Positions 44,761-60,520 are shown, counted from the first letter of the stretch. The stretch: 64,000 nucleotides of DNA from Eledone cirrhosa (GCA_964016885.1 OZ024742.1:113212001-113276000); one strand, 5' to 3'. Numbers and translations: made by a program. Notes: a model not told the origin generated them from the sequence alone.

Positions 44761-44828
44761 AAATGCGTTTCTTTATATGTTGTTACTGTGTATGTACAAC
44801 TATCTGTATACGAATATATATATATATG

Positions 44829-44923
<95 letters not shown>

Positions 44924-44964
44924 GAGAGTAAAACAAAGAAGCCTTTAATACATCACAAGTTTTC

Positions 44965-45010
44965 ATTAGCCGACAATGTTTCGTCCTATTAAGGACTCAT
45001 CAGGGCAATT
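44965..45010 (-). ncRNA. Type I hammerhead ribozyme (inverted segment)
   Basis: Reverse complement of 47078-47123, with a GUC site. Confidence 0.92.
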
Positions 45011-45268
45011 AAAACAACAAGAAGTAATATCGGCAGATACAAGCCGGAAGCTCCGAAGAATATGGAGTGTACATACACTAAAGTCTTGCAAAAATATATA
45101 ATAAAAATAATAAAAATATATAATAAGAATACCTAAGGATGTATATAACATTAAGAACCTTATTACAAATATAGTCCAAAGCAAATAAACTAAAGCTAAA
45201 CAAAGGTGGTTATATAGAGCAGGAATTATATATAACACAATGTAATATAATATAATACATTATCATAA

Positions 45269-46088
45269 AAGGCGATTAAATACCTATTTTAACCCGCCAT
45301 ATAATCAGGATGTATCAACTAATATCCCTAGGTCTTTCTCCACTATCTTAGAGAAAAATTTCCCCCCTTCTCATAAATACCATGGTATTTTTAATAAAAA
45401 TGTTATTAAACTCTCATTCTCTACCACCCCTAATATTAGTTCTCATTTAGCTAGCACTAATAATAGGAAAATTAGGGATGGATTCTCCTCTCTACATACT
45501 ACTAGTCTGAACAGATCTGACAATGATTTACCACCGGAACAGTCCTTATCTAATAGAAATCCTACGTGTAATACATCACCACTCGAGCCAACCAATAACA
45601 CCCGGAAGTGCAATTGTAGAGTGAGTGCTAACTGCCCTTTAAACGGTAACTGCCTTTCTAAGAACATTGTCTACGCTTGCGAAGTTATAACTAATTCCTC
45701 TAATAGAACTTATATAGGATCTACTTCAAACACTTTTAAGACTAGGTTTAACTCTCATATCTCTAACTTCAAACATGTTAGGTTTAAGAATTCTACTTCT
45801 TTAGCACATTATATCTGGGATCTTAAGGGAGCTTATATACCATATAGCCTTAACTGGCGTTTAGTAGCACGCTCTAACCACCTTTCTACACATACTAAGT
45901 TTTGTAATCTCTGTATCCTTGAGACACACTCTATAATTTTCTCTAGCGTATCCTTACTTAATAGAAAGTCTGAGATATTCTCTTCTTGCCCCCACGCTAT
46001 TTCTAATCTTACTTTTATTATAAACCCAAACGTTCTAGTAGTACAAATTGTACCCATTAGCCGATATATTCCATTACTTATTTTTTAG
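45269..46088 (+). pseudogene. Duplicated GIY-YIG endonuclease portion in the upstream pLTR
   Basis: YFNPPY..CNCRVSANCPLNGNCLSKNIVY..YIG..FKTRFNSH..CNLCILE, near-identical to 49241-50060. Confidence 0.92.
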
Positions 46089-47077
46089 TTTAGGTTCTTT
46101 TGTTTGCCAACATTATTATTATCATCATTATTATCATTGGTTTTTGATGACTCTTTATTCTAGCTCTCATAATCATTTGGCTACTGTACCATATCTATCT
46201 TCTTACGCATTAAATTTTCACTATTACACCTTGTGAATATATATAAGATTACACACTTTACGCCATTTACTTTATTTTATTATTATCTACATTTTTATTT
46301 TTATTTTTATTTTTAATTTTATTTTTAATTTTATTTTTATTTTTATTCAGATTCATCTTTGGATATCCCCCCTCCCCCATGCGCACATAAACTTATTGTC
46401 AACCCCTCCAATTGACTATGATTATATTTAACACCCCCCTCTTTTACGCTCCGTTCTATTATTTATTATAGTATATCGAATCTATATTGTTTGTGTAAAT
46501 TAACAGGGGATTATCTATTATATTGAATTGTATAATTTTATTGTTTTTAATTGTTTATTATTTATTATATGTGTTTCTTGTAATTATATCATATTATTAC
46601 CTCATGTATATTGGGTAGATGTATTGGTATTATTATTATTATTATTTTCACTCTTATCATGCTTATTTTTATATTAAAACTCCTAATAAGGTTTAATTTG
46701 TGTAGTTGAAGATAGATGTGCGTATTGTTGTATGTGTGTGTGTGCGTGTGCGCACATATATACATGTGCATATTGTACCTTTTGATTTTTATTGTAATTT
46801 TAATGTTGGTAAAGGTATATTATTATAATGTATTATATTATATTACATTGTGTTATATATAATTCCTGCTCTATATAACCACCTTTGTTTAGCTTTAGGT
46901 TATTTGCTTTGGACTATATTTGTAATATGGTTCTTAATGTCATATACATCCTTAGTTATTCTTATTATATATTTTTATTATTTTTATTATATATTTTTGC
47001 AAGACTTTAGTGTATGTACACTCCATATTCTTCGGAGCTTCCGACTTGTATCTGCCGATATTACTTCTTGTTGTTTT

Positions 47078-47123
47078 AATTGCCCTGATGAGTCCTTAAT
47101 AGGACGAAACATTGTCGGCTAAT
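47078..47123 (+). ncRNA. Type I hammerhead ribozyme, intact
   Basis: gcc CTGATGA gtcc ttaata ggac GAA ACATTGT C ggc. Predicted cleavage after C47116, ~230 nt upstream of the ORF ATG. Confidence 0.95.
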
Positions 47124-47346
47124 AAAAACTGTTCATGTATTAAAGGCTTCTTTGTTTTACTCTCTTAATTTTTTGGCTCTGTTTAACTGCATTGAGCTAT
47201 ACCTTTTACTGTCATTTCTATAATACGAAGAGGGTGTTTAACTCCAACACGCTCCAGTATTTTAATCCTTGTCACTGCTCCCGACCGGCTGAGCTTACTC
47301 ACATATATACTGGTATTTTGGCCTTTATATATATTTATCTGACAGT

Positions 47347-50135
47347 ATGTTAACAAAGAGTTACCTTCCTTTATCTCTGAAGAATATTCCCACCACCTCT
47401 AAGAATACTTACGAAAAACTATTGATAGCTAGTGTTAACTCCTTTGTAAAAAGGATTAGATGGCGTGCTTTCCACTACGATAATAATAAGAATAGGAAGG
47501 ACCCCAGGAATAGAACACATGTTAATAACTACGGATTCAAATCTTATAAGAGCCCACCACACAATATTCTATTAGATAGTTTTGAAAGTGACTTACTCTC
47601 TCTGGTCAAAAATATTAATATAGGCCAAATAATAGACATAGAAATTATAATAACTTTGATAAGTTCCAGTCCAGACTTAAAAATATTGTTAAGGGTTTCG
47701 GTGAGAATAAGTCCATTCTTGTCCCGGCAGATAAGACTAAGAATCTATACTCCATGGACTATAGTGCATACCGTGACTTTATTTATAAGGAGTTATATAG
47801 AAACTATAAAAAAACTACGCTTGAGAATTTGAACCACATCAATAGTGAGGGCCTTCGAATAGTCTCTGACCTCGGCCTCGATAAGTATACCCAGCCATAT
47901 TACCCTCGAGAACCGAGATTCACACTTAAGGATCATAAGGTTGATTGTATTAGTAACCCCTCTGTTAGACTCATCTGTCCTTCTAAGTGTGATATACCCA
48001 TTATCAGTAAAACAATCCTTGACCTTATTATACCAGATGTTAGGGATAAGGTTAATTTGAACCTATGGGGGAACACTAGGGAAGTTATAGATTGGTTCTC
48101 TGGGATTAATAGACTTGAATCTAATAAGTTTATCCAATTCGATATTGATGCCTACTACACATCAATTTCACCCATCCTCCTCAATAAAGCTTTAATGTTG
48201 GCCATGAGAGTGTCCAGCCTTACACGATCACAGGTAGATATTATACTAGCAGCCCGTAACACTATTATTAAATTTGAGGACACACTTTGGACCCGTAAAA
48301 ACACGCCCAATAATCTCGACGTTACAATGGGTTCGAGTGATTCGGCCCAGGTTACCGATCTTGTTGGGTTGTTCCTCCTTAATGAACTATACGCTACCTT
48401 CCCGCACCTTATAGGCGGACTATATTGTGATGATGCATTGTTTGTAATTAACTCTAGCACCAACAATGTAGAACATAATAAGAAGAAGCTTTATAAGTTT
48501 TTTAAAAGCTACAACCTTTCGATCACGATAGATAGAAATGATAGAGCGGTTAACTTTTTAGATGTGACTTTGGACTTGGTCACTAATAGTTTTAAACCCT
48601 TTCATAAGCCTAATTAAATTATTTGTTATGTTAGCCCCAATTCTAACAACCCTAAGTCTATGATAAACTCTATAATTAAGGGTGTATCTAATAGGATTTC
48701 CACACTCTCTAAGGACATAGGAACATTTAAGGAACATGCAGAGTACTACAATAATGCCCTAGCAAATTCAGGTTACTCTAGTAAAATACATTATAATAAT
48801 AGTAACCTTAGAAAGTCTCCGCTTACTTTTAACAATAATAACATAATATCACATAACATGGCCATGAATGGGAGTAGCAAATATAGTAACCGTAAAAATT
48901 ATATAGGTGTATCCGAACCCATCCATAAGTTAACCCACCGGACTCGTAATAGCAAATATAATACCTCTAGGAAACAAGTTGAACCCCCTGTGCGCTCACA
49001 CATTGGTGATGGTTTTGCTGGATCTTATTCTAATAATGTTGCTCCTACTGATCCTATCATTGGCCCTAATCCTTTTGAAGGGATTCCGGACAGCAGCAGA
49101 TCTACTGGAGGTAGAAACTATAATAGACATAACGAAATTATGGCTGATTCTATGAATGTTGCTTTAACTAATCCTTGTAGTAACCCTAGTCTCGATGGTG
49201 GGACATTTGATAAAGGTAGGGTCGGTAAGAATAAAAATAGAAGGCGATTAAATACCTATTTTAACCCGCCATACAATCAGGATGTATCAACTAATATCCC
49301 TAGGTCTTTCTTCACTATCTTAGAGAAAAATGTCCCCCCTTCTCATAAATACCATGGTATTTTTAATAAAAATGTTATTAAACTCTCATTCTCTACCACC
49401 CCTAATATTAGTTCTCATTTAGCTAGCTCTAATAATAGGAAAATTAGGGATGGATTCTCCTCTCTACATACTACTAGTCTGAACAGATCTGACAATGATT
49501 TACCACCGGAACCGTCCTTATCTAATATAAATCCTACGTGTAATACATCACCACTCGAGCCAACCAATAACACCCGGAAGTGCAATTGTAGAGTGAGTGC
49601 TAACTGCCCTTTAAACGGTAACTGCCTTTCTAAGAACATTGTCTACGCTTGCGAAGTTATAACTAATTCCTCTAATAGAACTTATATAGGATCTACTTCA
49701 AACACTTTTAAGACTAGGTTTAACTCTCATATCTCTAACTTCAAACATGTTAGGTTTAAGAATTCTACTTCTTTAGCACATTATATCTGGGATCTTAAGG
49801 GAGCTTATATACCATATAGCCTTAACTGGCGTTTAGTAGCACGCTCTAGCCACCTTTCTACACATACTAAGTTTTGTAATCTCTGTATCCTTGAGACACA
49901 CTCTATAATTTTCTCTAGCGTATCCTTACTTAATAGAAAGTCTGAGATATTCTCTTCTTGCCCCCACGCTATTTCTAATTCTTACTTTTATTATAAACCA
50001 AACGTTCTAGTAGTAGACATTGTACCCATTAGCAGATATATTCCATTACTTATTTTTTTGTTTAGGTTCTTTTGTTTGCCAACATTATTATTATCATCAT
50101 TATTATCATTGGTTTTTGATGACTCTTTATTCTAG
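47347..50135 (+). pseudogene. Full-length Naiad RT + GIY-YIG ORF with few lesions
   Basis: N-terminus SLKNIP..RIRWRA..YGFKS..FESDL, then ADKTKNLY, KDHK, QFDIDAYYTSI, DVTMGSSDSAQ, YCDD, NFLDVTL and the EN domain. Frameshift near 47620 and a TAA at 48615. Confidence 0.93.
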
Positions 50136-51114
50136 CTCTCATAATCATTTGGCTACTGTACCATATCTATCTTCTTACGCATTAAATTTTTACTATTACA
50201 CCTTGTGAATATATATAAGATTACACACTTTACGCCATTTACTTTATTTTATTATTATCTTCATTTTTATTTTTATTTTTATTTTTAATTTTATTTTTAA
50301 TTTTATTTTTATTTTTATTTTTATTTTTATTTTTATTTTTATTTTTATTTTTATTTTTATTTTTATTTTTATTCAGATTCATCTTTGGATACCCCCCCCC
50401 CCCTGCCCCCATGCGCACATTAGCTTATTGTCAACCCCTCCAAATCGACTATGATTATATTTAACCCCCCCCCTCTTTTACGCTCCGTTCTATTATTTAT
50501 TATAGTATATCGAATCTGTATTGTTTGTGTAAATTAACCGGGGATTATCTATTATATTGAATTATATAATTTTATTGTTTTTTATTGTTTATTATTTATT
50601 ATATGTGTTTTTGTAATTATATCATATTATTACCTCATGTATATTGGGTAGATGTATTGGTATTATTATTATTATTATTTTCACTCTTATCATGCTTATT
50701 TTTATATTCAAACTCCTAATAAGGTTTAATTTGTGTAGTTGAAGATAGATGTGCGTATTGTTGTATGTGTGTGTGTGTGTGAGTGTGCGCACATATATAC
50801 ATGTGCATATTGTACCTTTTGATTTTTATTGTAATTTTAATGTTGGTAAAGGTATATTATTATAATGTATTATATTATATTACATTGTGTTATATATAAT
50901 TCCTGCTCTATATAACCAGCTTTGTTTAGCTTTAGGTTATTTGCTTTGGACTATATTTGTAATATGGTTCTTAATGTTATATACATTCTTAGTTATTCTT
51001 ATTATATATTTTTATTATTTTTATTATATATTTTTGCAAGACTTTAGTGTATGTACACTCCATATTCTTCGGAGCTTCCGGCTTGTATCTGCCGATATTA
51101 CTTCTTGTTGTTTT

Positions 51115-51160
51115 AATTGCCCTGATGAGTCCTTAATAGGACGAAACATTGTTGGCTAAT
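51115..51160 (+). ncRNA. Type I hammerhead ribozyme, GUU variant
   Basis: Identical to 47078-47123 except C to T at the cleavage nucleotide (51153). Confidence 0.9.
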
Positions 51161-51301
51161 AAAAACTTTTGATGCATTAAAGGCTTCTTTGTTTTACTCT
51201 CTTAAATTTTTGGCTCTGTTTAACTGTTTCGAGCTATACCTTTTACTGTCATTTCTATAATACAAAGAGGGTGTTTAACTCCACACGCTCCAGTATTTTA
51301 A

Positions 51302-51474
<173 letters not shown>

Positions 51475-52340
51475 AATAATAAATTTGAAGACAAAAATCC
51501 AGTTTCAGTTGTGTTAAATGAGTTTATAGGGGCACCAACTTTGTAGGGGCACCAAGTTTGAGAATGTGTGGTGGAATTGAGTACCTCTATTGGATAGTTG
51601 ATGACGTCCTCTGGGTCAGGAGTTGTTTAGTATCCCCATGAAAATTAACAGCCGAAAATGAAAATAATTATGTCGTTTAATTTTAAGATTTAAAGAAAAG
51701 AATTGTCGCAAATTATTAGCTTACTTTTTAATGAAGTGTGTATTTGTGGTTATAAATCCCGCACGTTGTTTAATTGTTTAACATTTTTTTTTATCAATTT
51801 ATGTGATTGTGTGTTTGTATGTGTTTGTAAATAAATCATTAAGTTTGAAGCAACTAAAAGTTAGAACGATTGAAAAACATTGTAACTCACATTTTTAAAA
51901 GATGCGCGTAGCTGCTAACGGTGAATAAACCAAATTTAGTATGAAAGAGAAAATAGCAAAATTGTAGGTTGTAGATAGAGGCTAGCAGGTGATATGATAA
52001 ATTAAAACGGACAGTATCACCATCAAATGAACAATGTAAAATGAAAATAATAATTTAGTTTAATTTTACGTGTTGTTTCAGCTTGGAAAGAGAAAGAAGC
52101 AGAAAGTATGAAGTTGTATAGATTTTGAATGGTAACGGAAAGAGGTGACCACTTGTAATCGTAAAATATTGAGTTTTATCAATTTTTTGCGGAAGTGTGG
52201 GTGAAATTGAAAAAATGATATATGCCAAGACCCAATCGAAGCTATTTTGAATACTGAATTGTAAATTTCAATGGAAAAAATTCTATATCGTAGATTTATA
52301 TAACAAAGAAACGTGACCATACACTGAGCTTTATAGATTA

Positions 52341-52380
<40 letters not shown>

Positions 52381-52839
52381 TGTGGGTGTGTGTGTGTGTG
52401 TACGTGTGAGTGAGTTGGAGTGTGTGTGTATGTGCAAGTGGGTGCGCTCACGTGTGTTTTGCTGAGGCTGGATGTGTGACGATGAGCACCAAACTTAATG
52501 CATTGCGAAAAGCCTTTAACATGTTTCTCAAAATCATTCCGAATATTATTGAATGCATAAATCATACATTGATATAATATATATACGTATAACTGGAGAA
52601 AAGAATGACTTTAATAGTGGTTGTATTTTTAATAGTTCACATTTTTATATTTACTTCTGATTTATGCTTATTTTCGTCGGTTTAGTAATCGGTTGCAAAT
52701 GATTTAATTTTCGTTTCATGTTATGCCTCTCTTCAGGGTTGAGGTTGTTCCATCCTTCGAATATATCATGCACTATTAAATTGTGATTGTCCGTGTGTCA
52801 TCAGGAAATATTTGCTCTATTTCTTCCTAACTCAATTTG

Positions 52840-52891
<52 letters not shown>

Positions 52892-53229
52892 TAGAAAGGA
52901 ACAGAAAACGGTAACATTTTTTTCCCACTGAAAAATTGTTTAATTAGGAATAAGTATAAATTAGTAATAAGTATTGGTTAGTATTCAGTTTTAGTTTTAA
53001 GAGTTTTACCGGTTGCACATTTCTAATGCTTTTCAAAAATAGTTTTGAGATAGAGCGCTCGTGATGTTTGCTCCAATCTGTATATATATATATATATGAA
53101 AGACGTAAATAAGAATGTTATGAAAATTGACTTACATAGAACCACAAAGTTACTAAGACAAAACATATATATTTGCTAGCATAGGTATGCATCTGTATAC
53201 ATATGTCGGTAGATATATAAATTCTTTAC

Positions 53230-53273
<44 letters not shown>

Positions 53274-53393
53274 AAATAATGAATAAAACAAAGAAACAGT
53301 TCCTTATATTAAACAAAAAAAGTTCATTATCTAACGATCGTTTCTAGGACATATATGTGTTAGAATTGGCATGCACATTCATGCATATTTGCT

Positions 53394-53481
<88 letters not shown>

Positions 53482-55057
53482 TATATATATATAGGGTATG
53501 TAACGTTTACCAAAACACAGGTCCGACGAGCTTTTGATTCCAGAGTCCGGATAGATCAATATAGATCGAAGTTTGTGATGGTCAATAGCGAAATATCCGT
53601 CACTACTCTATAAACGTAATGAAGATATAACAAGTTGTCCATATTATTATGAATTAATTTTCAATTGATTTTCTATACAACTTTCTAATCGGGGAATGTG
53701 TCCGCATAAACCTTTACGGTATAAACTTCACCTATTTATTGTACGTAAGGCTATCATCATACACTAACACAAGAGCGTATATGCATCTCACTGATGAAAA
53801 TGGCTTGATAGGCCATGTTAGAGAAGACTGAATCTACTGATGACTAACACGTTGCAATTCTAATACTATTGATTTTTCCACTTGGAAAGTTTGATCTATC
53901 TCGACTATTTTATATGTATTGTCTCTCGAGTTAGCTACTACACAAATTGGTGACATTGAGATGCATCCTACATGAAGTAGGTTGTGCTAAATTCAACGCA
54001 GCATATGGCGACGTCATTACAATAGTGGTTTGAGCCGAAAACATGAGGATAACATCGATGAACACTTTTGGTGAGATGCTGGGTGCCAACAAAATCAGCC
54101 AACCTTTCTTTTCCTGAGGTATGTCCAACCAGCACCAATAACATTTGGAAATCCCTAGCCTGTAAGTGCTAAAGGTAAAGATTGAAAGTTGGAATTATTC
54201 CTCGTAGGCATGGAAATTCCGTCAACCGTGGCTTTCCTACGTTAGTGCAGAGCGACAAAGGCGTCCTGCAGGCACAAATCCAGTGTTCAATATTGCTGAT
54301 TTGTAGGCATATGCTGCGTAGCATACTGATCTGACTGTCATCTGAGTCTATTGTGACGAGTGGTTCTTCACTTTCTTTTACCCCGGAGGTGAAGGCAGTT
54401 TTCATCTCCCTGGTAGCCATGGGAAAAGAGATCGTGAAGTGGAATCGTTTGTAAGGCCTGAAGATAAACATTTTCCTCTTCGACTAAAAGATGATTGAAA
54501 TTTCGAGGTTTCACTTGAAGAGGACAATCAGTGTGGAATGTGAAGTCTTGCCATCAAGCAGGTATTTTGAAATAGCGTGAAAATGACGAGAGAATACGCC
54601 TGTTCATAATATGTACCAATATATTGGAGAAGAAAAGCTGGGAGAGGACACTTGATCTAGCCGTCAAGGCGACCATGTGTTTTGAGGGTTTTCCCCAAGA
54701 ATGAATCACAGAGGTTAAACCTCGTTTGGGAATTTTCTTTTGTATAATCTTTTATGGTTGCTGCTTTATGAAAGATTATTAACACAATACAAAACGAACA
54801 AAACATATTACTTTCTTGTAACACCATGTGTCATCCTGTACGGTTTTCAAAATGTTCTTCATGTGAGCCCACTGTGGAAGTAAACAAAATTCCGAAAGTA
54901 TATATAATTGCTTTTACATAAACGGCTGAAGATTGATGTGCATACCAGTTTAATATGCTACAATAACTCAGATATGCTTTTAAGGCCATGACTATCATGG
55001 AAAAACATACGCTTAGTTGCCAAATTTAAACAGTACATACATACATACATTCATCAT

Positions 55058-55136
<79 letters not shown>

Positions 55137-55259
55137 GCATATTTCTATGAATATTTAGCTTGAACAGATATGTATGAAAATGTCTACTATAGGGTCAAAC
55201 GGGAGCTGGTATTCAAGAAGGAATATTATACATTTGTTTTAGAAACAACATTTAAAACA

Positions 55260-55345
<86 letters not shown>

Positions 55346-56030
55346 CGTAGGTAGACTTATGTCTATATTAAAATGCGGTCCGCTTCATGTAAATTCTCTA
55401 AACACGTATAGTGTTTTAAATGTTGTTTCTAATGCAAATGTATAATATTCCTTCTTGAATATCAGCTCCCATTTGTCACTTTAGCAGACATGTACATAGA
55501 TTTGCCTTCAAGCTAAAAATTTATAGAAATATGGCTGTGATATTAATCAAATTGAATGCATATAGGAGATCAAGAATGAGAGAAACCTCAGGATAAAATA
55601 TACTCACTTTATCAACAAGTTTGCTACTAAATTACGAATTAACACAAAGTTATAAGAATTGGAAAATATTCACGCATTAGTGATTAATCAATAAATATTC
55701 CTATATGTTTAATCATCTGGAATGTAGTGAACTTAAACTTATATAATACGACTAATATAGCTATTTCAGTTCACATTGAGATTTTCAGAAAATAAAAGAA
55801 ATCGGGTATAATATTTCCGCAAGATATATTCTCAGTAAATATAAAGCAATGACATTTCTACTTCACTGTTGATAACATCTTTTTTCAAAGTATGGATCAA
55901 GATTTAGAATGTATTCAAATAGACTGAAATATAAATGCATAGACATACTCAAATACTGTTGGATATATACATTGAATTTACATACACACACATTTCTTCT
56001 TCTTCCCACCCTTCTCTCTTTCTTTCTCTC

Positions 56031-56171
<141 letters not shown>

Positions 56172-57413
56172 ATCTTTCTTTGTGCGTATGTACACGCACA
56201 CATATCTATTGTAAGTACTAAAGTGGAAATAGATAATCAAATGTTATGAGATAATATTTTTATAAAACAATATTAATTTATATAAAAATATATTCGAGGA
56301 AATGTCAAACGCAGTATAAGAAAAAGATATGATAAAAGCTAAATTTGTATAAACGCGTATTTGAATAATATCTGACAGAGTTTTTAAAACACAGATTTAG
56401 AACTTAGGCATCTATAAACATTTAACCAAATAATTTATGCAAAAATATTCCGGTTCTTGGCACATATTTGTCTTTGATTTTCAGATTATTTAAATTTCGA
56501 AGATTTAAATGAAAAAAGAAAGAAACACGAATAGTAATAAGATGTACAAAGTATATGATTTAATATAGATAAGCATTTCCACATTTTACTCCATCTACAG
56601 AGTTATATTTAGTTTTACTATTATCAATTGTGATTTCTTATTTTAAGAACCATATGAGCTGGGATGAGCATAGTTCAAAATCTCTAATCCTCCAAATGCT
56701 TGCTTAGTCGACAAGATATTGACACTTATAGCTATTGTCATACAACCTTCTAAATGCCAGTAACCGCTGGCCAGCGATAACACGTAATTGATAACGCACG
56801 CCTCCAGCAATCGATGGGTGTCGTGTTAAATTACTCACACAGATCTGATACATAAGCGAGAAATCGCTGTCGATTATAGATACATACTATGAAACACTAG
56901 TATTTGAAGTTCTCGTACGTTTATAGGCTGAGCTGTGGCATGGTCTATGGTTTAAATATGTATACTGATTATTTATATGTCTCTTATACATAGACATATA
57001 ATTAATGCCTTCGTATACCATTTGCTTCTGCTAGCCCGATTTAAATAGGGAACACTCTAGAGTTCGTGTTCAATCACTTGTTTATACAAAATGGATCGTG
57101 AGATTTCATGAAGATTGATGTCGGCATTGTTTGTAGAGAATGCACTTTTAATTCAGTATCTGTATAGTAGTACGCAGACATATATGTAAGCGTATACTTA
57201 CGTAACGATAAATATGATTAGGTAATTATGAATGCACACCAATACAGTTGTACAGAGCCTACTTACGTAGACATTCGGGAGAGAATTTACAGAGAAGGCA
57301 TGCGTTTACATGTACGCATAAAGAAGCAAAAAGAATCAATCCCTATCTGTCAAATAGGTTAATGTACGTAATAGATAATAACAAATTAATTGCTTCTAAA
57401 TTGATGTCTGAAT

Positions 57414-57792
57414 TAATAATTGTTTCTACTTTAGACACAAGGCCAGCAATTACCCAGTGCATTACTGGTACTTTATTTTTCGACCCCGTAAGGATGAAAG
57501 GCAAAGTTAACCTCCGGGGGATTTGACTATATAGGGACGTAACTATGCTAGAAAGCATGGCGTCCAACCCTCTACCGATACTGACAAATGGTTTCTTAGA
57601 GGAACAACGCCAGCAATGTTGAAGGAGGTTAAAGTCGATTAAATCAACCCCCAGTGCATTACTAGTGCTTTATGTTATCGACCCGTATGGATGAAAGGCA
57701 AAACTAACCTCAGCGGGATTGGAACTCAGAACGTAAAGGGCCGTAACACAATTCCCCTAACCTTGATGTCTGACACTCTACAAATTGTGCTA
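57414..57792 (-). mobile_element. Two adjacent SINE copies (57414-57586, 57620-57792)
   Basis: Reverse complement of the SINE core: actggtactttatttttcgaccccgtaaggatgaaaggcaaagttaacctc. Confidence 0.85.
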
Positions 57793-57894
57793 AATAATAG
57801 TAATAAATATTGACAAGTTAGTGGATATCCCACTTTGTAGGCTGTCTGGGAAAAAAAGTTGAGATAATAAACCACATTAATATTCAATATAAGA

Positions 57895-58400
57895 TACTTG
57901 CACAGGAAAAGTACAAGAGAAGGCCCGGCATTGCAAGATAAGTTCATTGCAGCTATATCATACATATGACATGAGCAGAAGAGAGAAATAGTATGAAAAC
58001 CAACCGGGAAAGGTGGCTGAAAATGATCAGAATAAGGTCTTGTGGTAGATGACCATTCACGGCGTCCATTATATCGTGAGGAAAAAGCCAGGCTCTTTTG
58101 TCGTAGAAACAAAGATTAAGAAGGCATGCATTGTGGATGTTGCTTCACCGTGGGATCATAGGGTGGATGAGCAAGAAAGCGAGAAAAATGTGATCGACCA
58201 CAACTGAAGAGAGAATTCAGGAAACTGGAGAATCAGACACTTAGAAGTGGTACCGATTGTGGTTGGTGCACTGGGAGCTGTTATTAGAAGGTTGGATGCA
58301 TGGCTTGAGAGGATAGGAATTACCAATAGGACAAGTTTGTAGCTGGAAACTGCCTTGTTGGGAACAGCAAGACTCCTAAGAAGGTTGCTGGAAATTTGAA
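57895..58400 (+). pseudogene. C-terminal restriction-like endonuclease fragment of an RLE-type (R4/NeSL-like) non-LTR retrotransposon
   Basis: Manual translation across frameshifts gives LAQEKYKRR..KVAEND..KVLW..IVDVASPWDHRVDEQESEK..EVVPIVVGALGAV..TALLGTARLLRKV. Confidence 0.85.
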
Positions 58401-59569
58401 GGAGAAAGTATGACCCAAAGGACATAATAGATAAACATTTCCTCTGGTAGGTAGATACCTATATATTTACGTCTATTTATTTCCTATGCTCAAATTGAAA
58501 ATAAACATTCTCCATATTAATTTATTCCAAATTGCTTTTTTTAATATATATATTTTTAAATATACTGCTACATAAATATTTACCTCATCTAAATTCGCAA
58601 CGATATGAATCATATCTGAATGCTATTTTCTCTATGTAAAGTTAGCTCGCTTATTTTCTTTTGTTGCCTCGGCGTGTAAGAAAGTGTACACATATATGTT
58701 TAGAATAAAATGGTGTACATATTTTGAGTTATAAGTTGTGTTTGCCTGTTTGTGAAGCTTTCCTTGACACGGTTTTTTTATATAGCTTGAGTATTTAAAT
58801 GAAAACATCCAAGCTTCTGTCTAATGTGATATACTTAATTGAGATTGTTTTTGCACATAACTGTTTTTAATGCGCGCAAGAGAATGTTTCGCCATCAAAT
58901 ATACAACACAACCTACAATATACATAACAAAGTCATCGTATTTGGAGATACACTTTATATATAAACTTAAGATATAACATTCTCTTTTAAAAAAGGCAAA
59001 TGGGAAAGTATTGAAATACACATGTATCGTTTCTCCATTTCTTTGAGCTATGTTAAAATGATATGAATTATGCTATTATCACTGTACTTTTCAGTAGGAT
59101 TGCTTGTCAGTCACATGGCAGGCTTCATACAAATGGCTGACAGTATACAAATAATAGCTTGAAAGAAAATCTTCTGATATATTTTCCTCCATTTTTCGTC
59201 CGTTTTATATGTCAGCATGAACTGAATGGGGTTTACTATTTTTAAATTGTTAAATAGATGGCAATAATTGCATAAGAAATAATGTTATGTGTGCAAATGT
59301 ATAGTTGTAAACATTTCTTATCAAAAACTCGTGTTTTCTGTGTATGCATAATGGAGGAACCAGGCATACTCACACCTATGCCCGCACATACAAACTCACA
59401 GGTACATGCACATAGAAATACACACACACACATGGATACACACACACATAAACACATACGCGCGCACACACACACATATATACACACACATACACTGATT
59501 GTGCGGTTGATTAATGCATCTATAAGGACGTTCGAAGTTAAACATGAAGACTTTGGAATGGAATTGAAT

Positions 59570-59956
59570 ATAATAAGTGTTTCTACGTTTGGCACAAGGC
59601 CAGCAATTACCCCAGTGCATTACTGGTTCTTTATTTCATCGACCCCGTAAGAATGAGAGGCAAAGTTAACCTCTGCAGGATTTGAACTCAGATCATAAAG
59701 TTTCGTAACACTATGCTACAATGCACAGCGTCCGACTCTCTTTTGATACTGCCAATAATATTCGATTATTAGAGTGGCAGTATTGGTAGAGGGTCGGACG
59801 CCATGCTTTGACGCATATAGTTACGGCCCTTGCCATTCTCAGTTCAAATGCCGCCAAGATTAAATTTGCCATTCATCCTCACGGGGTCGATAAAATAATG
59901 TACCAGTAATGCACTTGGTATTTGCTGGCCTTGCACCAAAAGTCGAAACAATTATT
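59570..59956. mobile_element. Head-to-head pair of SINEs (59570-59753 minus, 59772-59956 plus)
   Basis: Both are full copies of the SINE family seen at 17.3 and 57.5 kb, in divergent orientation ~20 bp apart. Confidence 0.88.
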
Positions 59957-60124
59957 GTAGTTGAGAAAATCTAGTAGTGCCCAATCGAAAAGATAGAATG
60001 AAGAAAGAGGATGATGCCGCTGTGAATAATCTAGCCACGAATCTCATTATTTCCGGGTTAATCCGTAATCACTACATCATTTTATATATATATATATATA
60101 TATAATTTTATATATATATATATA

Positions 60125-60317
60125 ATAGGAACGAGTAGGACCCCGACGGCTGAGCTCAAGCCGTTTTGACGGCTAATTCTGGACCTAGAATTAGCCGTCG
60201 AAACGGCTTGAGCTGAGCCGTCGGGGTCCTACTCGTTCCTATTACCCACTCTACTACCCTACGTTTGAGTACTTTGGTGCGTTATGGTCCACCTGGTTCC
60301 TTACCGCATTTCCTTCG

Positions 60318-60320
<3 letters not shown>
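60125..60320 (+). mobile_element. Family D fold-back mini-element containing an HHR 3' half
   Basis: Palindrome at 60125-60244, including gacggctaattct..agaattagccgtc GAA ACGGCT tgagctg AGCCGT C ggggtcc. The tail runs to 60320 and the element lies in (TA)n. Confidence 0.85.
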
Positions 60321-60368
<48 letters not shown>

Positions 60369-60391
60369 TATAACGAAATGATGTACGGCAG

Positions 60392-60435
<44 letters not shown>

Positions 60436-60476
60436 ATATCATAAAACATGCCAGTGGTAGCGGGACGGGCCAGCTA

Positions 60477-60518
<42 letters not shown>

Positions 60519-60520
<2 letters not shown>

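Noticed and set aside
53780-54700. Higher-complexity stretch that may be a decayed transposase
   Set aside because: I could not identify any diagnostic motif, and it needs a translated search.
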